NCBI RefSeq assembly: GCF_009914755.1
Contig: NC_060942.1
Strand: one strand, 5' to 3'
Source of the DNA: the human T2T-CHM13v2.0 reference genome, Homo sapiens
DNA: 64,000 bases
The notes under the pieces are model-generated. The model was not told where the DNA came from. It was given only the letters and a program-made list of their open reading frames with translations, and did no database searches. Shown piece by piece: positions 39,945-51,668 of the stretch; positions within the stretch are counted from its first letter, which is position 1; each line of letters starts with the position of its first letter. The translations under genes and the position numbers were made by a program.

Positions 39945-42900
39945 CCAAAGTGGTAGACTAGAGGCTTTTAGCATGCCTCAGCCACTTGGAAATAGCAAAA
40001 TAGTTTATAAAGATGAATTATTTAGCTTTAATTTGAGAAGTATTAATGAATGGGAATCCACTGGTACCGTGAAGGACAACCCAGATTCCCAGGAGTAGGA
40101 TGCAGGTAAACAGCCCCATGACATTGTCCAGCTGATAAAAAGATCCTGGAGCAAGGGCACCCGCTCCACTCCACACCTAGGCAGATCTCCAGGCATTTGG
40201 AGCACCCACTCGCCTCAACCAACAGCCTGGGCCACCCCACCCTGTGCAGAGATTGTGGTGCAGAGGGGCCTTCTCTGCTTGACACCTAGGCAGATCTCAG
40301 ACATTGTGGTGAAGTGAGGCCCTCTTCACTCCGCACCCAGGCAGATCTCCATGTGTTCAGAGCACCTGTTTGCCCAGATTGGTAGCCTGAGCTGCCCAAC
40401 ACTTACTGCACAGAGATAACGGTACAGCCATACCCTTTCCAATCCACGCCCAAGTACATCTCGAGGCAGCCAGAACACCCTTTCCTCTGGATTACCAGCA
40501 TGAGCTGCCCCGCCCATGCTCTACAGAGACTGTGGTGCAGTGGAGCCCTTTGTGCTTCATGCCCAGGCGTATCTCCAGACACCGAGAACACCCAATCTCC
40601 TAGATTAGGAGTTTAGGCTGTCCCCCACCTGCCGGTGCAGTGGACTTGGGGCCAAGGAGTTTTCCCAGCTCCACATCTAGGCACACCTTGGGTGCTTGGT
40701 GGTCACCCACTGGATTCTCTCTCAGTGCTGATGCTAGTGCATGACCTCAGGGCACCTGTAGGTGGGCCTGTCCAGTCCAGTCCTGCCCACCTTGTGCCCC
40801 ACAACCTGGGAGCTGAGCAGGGAACTCAGACCACTGTGCACTGCACTGATCACCCCACTGACAGAGGCAACAGAGACCTTCACCTTGTAAACAAGGATCA
40901 AGTATATACCCTGCCACATTGGCAGCAGCCGGCTCTTACATATAAGTGCCACCTACTGGCTTTCAGGTGGAACCGCACAGCCCTATATAAAACCTCCCAA
41001 CAGAAGTGCATAGGGCAAAAGCAAAGCCAAAAGACCCTACCCAACATTATCTTCAGTCACACCCACTAGAGAAAGAGAAAAAGGAAAAAAAAAAAAAAAA
41101 AGCACCAAATAATATTATATAGAAAGAAAAGGAAACGAAAAAATCCTACCCACACAGAAAATAATTACAAAAATTAGAAATGCTAGTATCTTCAGAAGGA
41201 AGAAAAGCAGTGAAAGAATTCTGCAACCATGAAAAATTTGAATGTAGTGACACCACCAAAGGATCACACTAGCTCACCAGAAATGGTTTATAAACCAAAT
41301 GGAAACTCTGAAGTGACAGATAAAGAATTCAAAGTGTGAATTGCAAGGAAGCTCTATGAGATCTAAGACAATGTTGAAGATGAATACAAAGAAACTTCTA
41401 AAGAAATCCAGGAAATAAAGGAAGAGAAAAGCATCATAAAAAATCAGTCAGAGCTTCTGGAGGTGAAAAATTAACTTATGGAATTTTAAAATATGAGATA
41501 TCTCTAAATAGACTGGACCAAGCAAAACAAAGAATTTCAGAGCTTGAAGACCAGTTTTTAAAACTAACCCAGCCTGACAAAAATAAAGAAAAAATAATTT
41601 ACAAAATGAAAAAAAAATCAAAGATAGTAGAACAAATAAATAAATAAAATTGGAGTGGAACAGAATTAAATTGAGACACAAAAATCCATACAAAAAACCA
41701 ATGCAACCAAAAGGTGGTTTTTTAGAAGGAATAAGCAAGATCAACAGACCGTTAGCTAGATTAATGAAGAAAAAGAAAAAAGATCCAAATATGCAAGATC
41801 AGAAATGACAGAGGTGGCATCACAACTGATCACACAGAAATACAAAAGGTCCACAGATATGATTATTTACACCTCTATGCACACAAGCTAGAAAATCAAG
41901 AGGAAGTGGACAAATTTTGGAAATACATAGCCTTCCAATATTAAATCAGGAAGAAAAATAAAACTGACTAGACAAATATCAAATTATGAAATGGAAGCAG
42001 TAAACCACTAACCAAGAAAAGACCCAGACCAGGCGAATTCACAGCCAATGTACAAGATACACAATCTACCAGATGTACAAAGAAGAGTGGGTATCAATTC
42101 TACTGAAACTACTTCAAAAAACTGAGGAGTATTGACCCCTCCCTAATTCTATAAAATCAGCATGACCATAATACTAAAACTCAGCAAAAACCCCCCACCA
42201 AAAAATAAAACTGCAGGTTAGTATCTCTGATGAATCTAGAGACAAAAATTCTCAACAAAATACCAGTAAAGCAAATTTGATAGCACATCAAAAAAGTTAA
42301 TTCCGCAGGATCGAGTAGGCTTCATTCCTGGGATGCAAGGACAGGTCAACACATGCAAATCACTACATGTGATTCAGCACATAAACAATTAAAAACAAAA
42401 AACACACGATTATCTCAATAGATGTGGAAAATGTCTTTGATGAAATCCAGCTTCCCTCCAGTCTTTGATAAAATCCAGCATGATTAAAACCCTCAACACA
42501 CCAGGCATCAAATGAAAATACATTTAACACAAAATAATGTAAGCCATCTATGAACAACCCATATCAAACATCATACTGAGTGGACAAAGCTGGAAGCATT
42601 GCCCTTGAGAACTTGAACAAGACAACAATACCCATTCTCACTGCTCCTATTCTACATAGTACTGGAAGTCCTTGCAGGAGCAATCAGGCCAGAGAAAGAA
42701 TTAAAAGTTATACTAATAGGCAAAGAAGAAGTAAAACTATCTGTCTTCTCTAACAGTAAAATTCTATACCTAGAAAGCCCTAAAGATTCTACCAAAAGGC
42801 TCCTGGAACTGATAATGACTTAAATAAAGTTTAAGGATACAAAATCAATGTATAAAAATCAGTAGTATTTTTACACACCAATAACATTCAAGCTGAGAGC

Positions 42901-43474
42901 CAAATTATAAATGCAATCCCATTTACAGTAGCCACAAAATAATTAAATACCTAGGAATACATCTAACCAAGGAGGTAAAAGATCTGTACAAGGGCAATTA
43001 TAAAACACTGCCAAAATAAATTAGAGATGATGTAAACAAAATGAAAATAAAACCATTTAGTGCTCACTGATTTGAAGAATCAATATCATTAAAGTGGCTA
43101 TACTTCCCGAAACAATCTATTGATTAAATGCTATTCCTATTAAACTTTCAATTTTTTTAGAGAATTAGAAAAAAACACTATTGTAAGTTTAATATGAATC
43201 CCAAAAGAACCTGAATAGCCTAAGTAATAAAAAAAAAAAAAAAAAAAAGCCAGAGTCATCGTATCACCTGACTTCACACTGTACTATAAGGCTACATAAT
43301 CAAAACATGGCACTGGTACAAAAACAGACAAATAGACCAATGGAGCAGAATGGAGAACCCAGAAATAAAGTCACACACTACAGCCATCTGATCTAACACA
43401 AAGTTGACAAAAATGAGCAAAGGGAAAAGCACTTCCTGTTCAACAAAGGATGTTGGTATAGCTGACTAGCCATA
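39945..43474 (+). mobile_element. Old primate L1 (L1PA16/L1PB era) with 5'UTR, partial ORF1, internal deletion at about 41620, ORF2, 3'-truncated
   Basis: 5' caaagtggtagactagaggc; GC-rich monomeric UTR; ORF1 caccaaaggatcacactagctc...gacagataaagaattcaaa; ORF2 attcctgggatgcaagg, ggatacaaaatcaatgta; ends gctgactagccatac. Confidence 0.88.
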
Positions 43475-43475
43475 C

Positions 43476-44790
43476 GCTATACCTAGGAGTACAGCTGATG
43501 GGTCATATGAAAAATCTGTGTTTTAAACTTTTAAGGACTTGCCAGAAGATTTTCAAAATTTAATGGTTGTATCATTTTTTATTCTTGACAGCAGCGCTTG
43601 AGTGTTTCAATTTCTCCATAACCTTTGCAAAACATTATTATTCATCTTTTTATTATAGCCATCCTAGTGGACATGTGGTGGCATCTCATTGTCATTTCAA
43701 CTTGCTTTACTCTAAGAACTAATGATGTTGAGCATCTTTTCATATTCTTATTGGCAATTTGTTTGCCTTCTAGATACATGTCTATTCAGATACTTAATTG
43801 CTGTATTTAATTAGATAAATTTTCTTTTTCTTATCAAGAATTCTTCATATATTTTAGATTTAAGTCCCCAATGAGATATATCACTTGAAAATATTTTACC
43901 CTAGGTTTTAATTTCCACTTTCTTCATAATGTCATTTGCAGGTAAAACATTAATTTTGATGATATTATCCAATGTTTCTTTTTTTTTTTTTTGCTTTTGT
44001 GCTTTTATTATCATTCTTAAAAAGGATTTGTCTAACTCCAGGTGGCAAACATTTACTATAATATAATATTTTACAGTTTTATGCTTTTAGTTCATATGTT
44101 TAGATATAAGATCCATTTGAATTAAGTTTTGTGGAACTTTTGAGATTGAGACCCAACTTCATTCTTTAGCAAAAGTTAATCCATTTGTTCAGCATCATTT
44201 GTTGAAAAACCTATTCTTACCCCATTGAATTGTTTTTGTTGCCTTTTAGAAAATTAATTGAATGTAAATTTGAGGGATTTTTTAATGGATCCTCTATTCT
44301 ATCCCATTGATTTCAATATGTCATTATGTCAGTACTACTCTGTCTCCATTTTTGTAAAGTTTGAATTCCAGAAATGTAATGCCTCCAAATTTATTCTTCA
44401 TTTTTTAAGATTGTTTGGGCCTATTAAATTTTCTTTTGAATTTAAAATCATTTTCTCAATTTAGGCAAAGAAGCCATCTGATATTTTAATAGGGATTTTA
44501 CCGTTTCTATAAATCAATGTGCCGAGTATTGTCGTCTTAAAAATGGTATGTCTTCCAAATCATGAACATAAAATATCTTTAGATTTATTTAGGCCTGCTT
44601 TAATTTTTAACATATATGTATAGCTTTTAGAGTATAAATTTTATGTGTTAAAATATAAATAATTTTTATTTTTATGGCATTCTATGGAAAACGATGTCTT
44701 AATTTTACTTTTTAATTGTTTCTTGTTAGTATATACATATACAGTTGATTTTTTATATAGATTTTGTACCCTGAAAGCCTGATGAACCAC
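43476..44790 (-). mobile_element. Ancient L1M ORF2/3' region
   Basis: atacctaggagtacagctgatgggtcatatg; aatgatgttgagcatcttttcatatt; cagcatcatttgttgaaaa; cagttgattttttatatagattttgtaccctg. Confidence 0.85.
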
Positions 44791-44809
44791 TAGAAGAAAT
44801 TGAAGGTGA

Positions 44810-46690
44810 TGTGACATATATTAGTAATATTTTAATAATAATACGATTAATTTTACTCATAATTATTGTTTTCATGTGGATTCAAATTATTGTATGCGAT
44901 CACTTGTTTTCAGACTAAAAAGTTTCTTTAGACTTCCTTATACAATGTAACAGATTCTCTGAACTTTTGTCAATTATCTGTTAATTTTTTTCAATTTTGT
45001 CTCAATTATTGGAGGTCAGTATTTCATGATTTTTTTTAATAGTATTACTGGATATAATATTCTTGCTTGGCTGCTTTTTAATTTTATTTTTTCTGTCCAT
45101 ACTTTGAATATCTCACTACCTCTTATCTCTATTATTTTTGGTAAGAAAGCACATGCTATTCTTATCGGGGTTCCTTTGTCATTGGTGAGTCATGGCTGTT
45201 TTGTGCTTTCAAGATTTTGGCTTTATTAACTTTCAGTGTTTTTACTATAGTGTGCCATGGGTGAATTTCTTTGCTAGTGGAATTCTTAAGAGTTTCTTGT
45301 TGGTATATATCCATGTTATTTATTTTTTCCAATTGGGGATTTTTCAGTCTTTATTGCTTCAAGTATTTTTCAGCCAAATTATTGTCTCCTCTTCCTTTGA
45401 TACTCCCATTTACATACGTTGTTTTGCGTTGTGGGAGCACCACATTTCTCTGAGGCTCTGTCCATTTCTTTTTATTTATTTTTTCTCTCTGTTTTTGAGA
45501 TTGCATAATCTTGATTCTTCTCTTTTTAAGTTTATGGATTCTTATTTCTTACAGCCCACATCTACTCTTGAGGAACGCTAATAAATACTTTATTCAATTT
45601 TTGTAGATCTTAAGTCCAGAGTTTCCATTTGGTTCTTTTTTAAACAAACAATTGCTCTCTCTTTAATGATATTCACTATTTGGTGAGACATTGTCATTGT
45701 ACCTTCCTTTACTTTTTAAGATTCATTGTCATTACTTCTTTGAATATATTTTTAATGGCTGTCTTGAAATCTTTGTGTGTCTGCTAATTCTACCATGCAG
45801 TCCCTCTCACTGTCAGTTTCTGTCACCTGTTTTGCCTGTCTTCCCTTCCCAGGTACTTTTCACACTTCCTTATTTTTATGCATGTTCCTTGATTTTGTGT
45901 TAAAAACTGGACCATCTAGATAATATTTGGTAGCAACTCTTCACACCAATCTTCCACGCTCTCTCTCTCTCTCTCTCTTTTTCTTGTTTACTTAGTTACT
46001 AGGTTGGACTATTTAGTGAAAGTTATTTCCCTACAACAGGAAGAGTCTGATGTCACTCATAGCACAACTCCTCCTGGCTGTGTATTTCCTTGAACTCTCT
46101 ATTAACCTGTCTGGGCCGGGCGCGGTGGCTCACGCCTGTAATCCCAGCTCTCAGGGAGGCTAAGAGGCGGGAGGATAGCTTGAGCCCAGGAGTTCGAGAC
46201 CTGCCTGGGCAATATAGCGAGACCCCGTTCTCCAGAAAAAGGAAAAAAACAAAAAACAAAAAAAAAAAAAGACAAAAAAAAAATAAGCGTAACTTCCCTC
46301 TATTAACCTGTCTGCCTCTTTTGATAATACACCCAGCTCTTAAGCTCTGCTAATTGTCTGCTGACTGTGCTATTGCTTTCCACTAAGCTCTTGGAAATGA
46401 ATTGTTCTATAGTCGTACTCCACTAAATTCCAGTCACTGTGCAGGATTATCTGGGATGGCCAGGCTTTGAGGTTTTCTTAACCCTAAGAGGAATTTTCTT
46501 AGCTGTGACTTTATCTGCTTATTACCAATCAACTAGCTAATCTCTTGTTGATCTTCTTGCTTTCACGGAGCTGCCAGCCTTAATTTAATTTCTTACCAAC
46601 AAAGCCTACCTTGTTTCAAAAGTGAACCTATGTTTCAACCTTCCCACATCTATGTAAAAAATAAATCAGTAACTATGACAAGAGCTTCAG
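44810..46690 (-). mobile_element. Ancient L1M (L1MD/ME-type) ORF1/5' region
   Basis: actggatataatattcttgcttggc; gatactcccatttacatacg; cacatttctctgaggctctgtccattt; cagagtttccatttggttcttttt. Confidence 0.7.
46114..46300 (+). pseudogene. BCYRN1: Retrocopy (processed pseudogene) of BC200 RNA, 3'-truncated and tail-less; not the parent locus
   Basis: Monomeric Alu domain with BC200-specific cccagctctcagggaggctaagaggcgggaggatagcttgagccc...cctgcctgggcaatatagcgagaccccgttctccag; A-rich domain; unique domain taagcgtaacttccctc; 17-bp TSD ctctattaacctgtctg at 46097-46113 and 46298-46314. Confidence 0.95.
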
Positions 46691-46699
46691 AACTCTCTG

Positions 46700-47650
46700 C
46701 TTGGATTCCAATATACACTTTTCATGGATATAATCATTCCGTTTTCTTGGTATATATGTAGAAGTGGATTTTTTACAAGGTAGGTGTATTTTTAACTTGG
46801 TAAAAACTGCCAAACAATTTTAGAAGCAGTCCTAAAAATATATTCCAAATTTCAGTGTTTCATAGTTTAAATTGTTCTACATTCTCACCAAAATGTAGCA
46901 TCCTCTATAATTTTATTTTAGTCTTTTTGTGTATGGATACTAGTATCTTATTGTCATTGTGATTTAGATTTTTTGACCTAGCTAATGTAAATGAGCAACC
47001 TTTCATATGCTTATTGTATGAATTGTTCATTGTATGAATTGGTATATCATACAAATTTGCTTAATAAAGATTCCGCACATTTTTTATTGATTTTTTCCGT
47101 TTTATTTTTGTTTTGGAGTTCTCTAAGTATTCTAGATATTATCACTATTGTTGAATAAATGTATTGCAAGAATCTTCTCACAGCCTTTTTGCCTTGCTTT
47201 TAAAATCTTTTGTGATGGCTTCTAAGGACGTTAAAAAATTTAATGTAGTTAGTCCAATGTATATGTATTATTTGTTTATTTACTTATTTATATGGTTATT
47301 GCTTCCTGTACCTCATTCAGAATCTCATCCTACCAAGAGTTAACAAATGGGAATGTGCACGTGTACAAGTATACATGTGTGTATACATATACATGATTGC
47401 TAGAAGCTATCTTTATTTTTTTTTAAATTTGAATCCTTCTGGAATTTGTTTTTGACAATTATGTACTATGTGTAAGAAGGTAACATTAATTTTTCTCTCA
47501 TATAAATAGCTAATTGACCTAGCAACTTTCATTGAAAATGCCACAATTCTTCCAAAAACTGCGAAGTTACTTTTGTTGTAAATCAGTTGAGTGCACTGTT
47601 TATGGACCGTACATTCCATTTGTCTTCTAACACCAATATCTAGCTCCTAT
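46700..47650 (-). mobile_element. Ancient L1ME 3'/ORF2 fragments
   Basis: ttttcttggtatatatgtagaagtggatt...aaaactgccaaacaattt; gagcaacctttcatatgcttatt. Confidence 0.7.
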
Positions 47651-48614
47651 AGATCTGTTTGTTTTGTCTGTATTTTTCAATCCTATACATTTTTTAACAT
47701 TATAAGTAACTATTGGCTATAAACTGTACATTTATATTAAGAAAATGTAGGTAATTGGGATGCTATTATCTTTAGGTTTCATGCTTTTTTTTTTTTTTTT
47801 TTTTTTTACTGCTAGGTAGTTAGAGTAATGACTAATCATTAAAGATTGAGCTGCTGAATTGTCCACTTAGGCACTTCCCATTGTTCATTTCTGGATGCTA
47901 ATGTTTGATTCATTATAGCAGCAAAACTATGAAAAAACATGCTTTAGCTTTGAAGCTTCTCATCCTGAAAAGCTTCTGAATTTGGAAAAAGGCCTAAGAA
48001 ATGGACAATGTTTTGAGCCCTTCAAGTCTTCTAGTGAGGTCCTCACCCAACCCTGCAAGATTAACAAGAGTTCTGCTATTTTTTCCTGCCCTCTGAAAAG
48101 CGGTTCTTAGCCTTTTCCTCTTTCTCTAAAGAGGAAGGAACTATAAATTACATATGAAATATTATTTACCAATAAATAAAAGGTGTCCAAGACAAAAATT
48201 TAATTGTTATTTTCTTAGATTTTTTAAAAATTCTAATGTACTTGTAGTATGTTTTTCTTCTTTGTAAGAAAACCATCCTATGTGGTATGTGATAATCTCA
48301 GACTATAGCAGACATGTCGACAGAAATAGACTCTGTAAAACACTGCAAAAAAAACTCACAATAGAGTGAAGATTGACAACCAATTTGGTTAAGGTAAAAT
48401 AATAATTCAAGTCTTTTTTCAAATATAAAATCTAAATTTAAAAGCATACATATGTTACCTAAAAATAATTTTCAATGCACTTTGGTCAACAAATAATTAC
48501 TTAATATTTTTAGGGATTGTAAAAAGAAAAACAAGCATAAATTAGGCCATAGTTACACAATCTTATTTTGAACAACATCCAATGTGTTATATTCTTGTAT
48601 TGTGTTCACAAATA

Positions 48615-49000
48615 TATCAGTTAGGGATTTTTTGGCAATAGGCAATAGATAACCACCCCAGAGAAGACTTACACTAGAACAAAGTTTATTATCGCATGTG
48701 TCAAGATATCTAAAGTTAGGGCTCTTCAGTACACTGGTGTGATTTAGCCCTCCATCCTTTCCATTTTCTGCTCTGCCATCCTCAGTATTTTACTTAGTCC
48801 CATCAACATCACAGAATCTCTGTGAGAGTTTCAGTTATCCTTTTCTCACAAAACAAGTTAACGAAAAGAATATGACTCATCCTTATTATCTTTTTGAGAA
48901 TGGAAACTATAAAATAGACACTGCTTGCATCTTCATGGACAACTTACATTTTAGGGTCCTTTACACAACTAGAGCTAGAAAAAGACAATGATCAGCACAG
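48615..49000 (-). mobile_element. Old MLT1-type LTR relic
   Basis: atcagttagggattttttggcaatagg...; ttccattttctgctctgccatcctcagt. Confidence 0.5.
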
Positions 49001-49324
49001 CTGGAAAAGATTAGAAAATATTCACGATGGTTCCACAGAGAATTCTAGCCTTCAGGAACCATAAGACTATTAGATACCTGAACAAAACTGTAATTCTCTG
49101 TCAAGGACATAGGCAATATATATGGCAATTAGGTAAACAGCCACAATAAGTAAGGGATCAAGGTGATATAAATCAAAACAATGTACAATTATAAGTGAAA
49201 AAATAAGATTGTATAGACGTAGCTCACGAAATGTTACGTAAAGTACAAACACATTCATAACCCAATATTATTTTAGGCTTACTTCAAAAAACAGAATGCA
49301 GCAGAAAGCGTAAATATGAATATA

Positions 49325-49505
49325 GTACTTGCCTTCTCACTTGGTAGCTTTTATTCCAGGTAAATTATTTAAACTTTCTGAAACTTGGTATTCAGATTTC
49401 CTAAAATAGAATAATAATCCTTGTTTATTTGTTAAGGTTTCTGCAAAAAGCAAATGTAGTAGCTAATGTAATCATGCTGTGAAATGGTCCCATACAGATT
49501 TGTTA
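49325..49505 (+). mobile_element. MIR fragment
   Basis: ggtaaattattaaactttctgaaacttgg...aaaatagaataataatcc. Confidence 0.55.
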
Positions 49506-49523
49506 TTATAAAAAGCACATGTA

Positions 49524-49825
49524 GGCTGGGCACGGTGGCTCACTCCTGTAATCCCAGCACTTTGGGAGGCCGAGGTGGGTGGATCATCAGGTCAGGAGAT
49601 AGAGACCATCCTGGTTAACACAGTGAAACACCATCTCTACTAAAAATACAAAAAGTTAGCTGGGCCTGGTGGCACGCGCCTGTAGTCCCAGCTACTTGGG
49701 AGGTTGAGGCAGGATAATCATTTGAACCAGGGAATCAGGTTGTAGTGAGCTGAGATCACGCCACTGCACTCTAGCCTGGAGACAGAGTGAGAATCCGTCT
49801 CAAACAAACAAACAAACAAACAAAC
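49524..49825 (+). mobile_element. AluSc-like with (CAAA)n tail
   Basis: Full dimer; 13-bp TSD aaaagcacatgta 49511-49523 / 49826-49838. Confidence 0.93.
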
Positions 49826-49957
49826 AAAAGCACATGTAGAGGACATATTATATATAAAAGAGGGTATAGTTGCCATTGAGGAATGTAAAAGATATCAAAA
49901 ATGGTATACTATTGTAAATAGTATCAAATGTAAAAGATATCAAAAATACTATTGGAT

Positions 49958-51410
49958 AAAATATTTACAAACTATGCATTTGACAAAGGTCTAATATCCA
50001 GAATCTATTAGTGATACAGTTTGGCTGTGTGCACAACCAAATCTCATCTTGAATTTCAGTTCCCATAATCCCCGTGTGTCATGGGAGGGACTCAGCAGGA
50101 GGTAATTGAATCATGGTGGCAGTTACCCCCATGCTGCTGTTCTCATGATAGTGAGTGAGTTCTCCTAAGATCTGATGGTTTTATAATGGGTTTTCCCCCC
50201 TTTAGCTGGGCACTACTCATTCCTGCCATTATATAAAGAAGGACATGTTTGCTTCCTGTTCTGCCATGATTGTAAGTTTCCTGAGGCCTCCCCAGCCCTG
50301 TGGTACTGGGAATCAATTAAACCTCTTTCCTTTATAAATTACCCAGTCTTGGATATGTTCATAAAGCAACATGAGAATGGATTAATACAATAAATTGGTA
50401 CCAGTAGAGTAGGGTGCTGCTCTAAGGATACCTGAAAATGTGAATGTAACTCTGGAATTGCATAACAGGCAGAGGTTGGAACAGTTCGGAGGGCTCAAAA
50501 AACAGGAAGATGTGGGAAAGTTTGGAATTTCCTAGAAATTTGTTGAATGGCTTTGACCAAAATGCTGATAGTGATTTGGAGAATGAAGTACAGGCTGAGG
50601 TGGTCTCAGAAGGATATAAGGAACTTATTAGGAACTGGAGTAAAGGTCACTCTCGCAATGTAAGAGACTGGCAGCATTTTGCCCCTGCCCTAGAGGTCTG
50701 TGGAACTTTCAACTTGAGAGTGATAATTTAGGGTATCTGGCAGAAGAAATTTCTAAGTGTCAAAGTATTGAAGAGGAAGCAGAGCATACAAGTTTGAGAA
50801 ATTTGCAGCCTGATGATGTTAGTGAGGCTGCAGAGAAAAGGGAATGTTTACACATGGTTGATAGGAAAGTAAATTAGTTCAGCCACTGTGGAAAGCTGTT
50901 TGGAGATTTCACAAAGGAATTAACAGCAATCATGTTACTGGGTATATACCCAAAGAAATTTAGATCAGTTTTCCAAGAAGACACATGCACTTGTGTATAT
51001 TCATCACCACTTTATTCACAATAGCAGAGGCGGGGAATCAGCCTAGGTGCCTGTAAGTGGCGGATTTGATAAAGAAAATGTACACATACACTGTGGAATA
51101 TTACACAGTCATAAAAAGAATAAAATGTACTTTGCAACAATGTCAATGAAACTAGAGGACATAATTCTAAGAAAATTAATGTAGGAACAGAAAACCAAAT
51201 ACTGTGTGTTCTCACATGTAAGTGGGAGCTAAACACTTGAAAACAAACATGGGAACAACAGACACTGTGGACTTCTAGAGGGGGAAGTTTGGGTTGGGGA
51301 AGGGTTGAAAGTCTACCTGTTTTGTATTATGCTCAATACTAGGGTCTAATATATCCATGTAATAATCCCACACATGTACCCGCTGTATCTAAAATAAAAG
51401 TTGAAAATCT
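49958..51410 (+). mobile_element. L1PA16/L1PB-like 3' end (49958-50011 and 50819-51410), interrupted by THE1
   Basis: aaactatgcatttgacaaaggtctaatatccagaatctat; gaggctgcagagaaaagggaa; cacatgtacccgctgtatctaaaataaaagttg. Confidence 0.85.
50012..50818 (+). mobile_element. THE1 (THE1D-like) 5' LTR (50012-50389) plus truncated THE1-int (50390-50818)
   Basis: tgatacagtttggctgtgt...ggattaataca followed by aaattggtacca...gaaaatgtg...ctttgaccaaaatgctgatagtgat (MaLR internal). Confidence 0.92.
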
Positions 51411-51668
51411 TATAAAACATCTGATCATGGGAAAATTCTAGAACACAACATTCTTTTTATGGACTGTACTATACTTTCCTGAATATTGCTAAAGTGCTCT
51501 GAAATATAGTCATGTCTCTAAAACATTTCTGCATTCTATGGAATATGTTGCATATATCTATGAAAAGAAAAAATCCTACTTAAATAGCATATATTTAAAT
51601 TATTGGAAATAATTAATTTGGGGTTATTAATGTTTTAATGTTAATTAAATTACAATCTTTCTTCACAT

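Noticed and set aside
40171-40690. CRISPR-like repeat-spacer array
   Set aside because: Whole units are homologous and degenerate (no unique spacers), the context is a mammalian L1 UTR, and no cas genes are present.
40635-41069. 144-aa ORF and GC-rich region as a gene or CpG island
   Set aside because: Lies in an L1 5'UTR, is CpG-depleted and shows no recognisable protein.
46114-46300. The BCYRN1 gene itself, or a plain FLAM/7SL copy
   Set aside because: It lacks the C-rich 3' end and terminator and has TSDs inside an L1, so it is not the gene. BC200-specific bases and the unique domain exclude FLAM/7SL.
46090-46353. 87-aa ORF with a lysine-rich stretch
   Set aside because: Chance frame through the BC200 copy; the lysines come from the A-rich domain and the start codon is TTG.
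50510-50731. 73-aa ORF
   Set aside because: Fragment of the degenerate MaLR (THE1) internal ORF, truncated.
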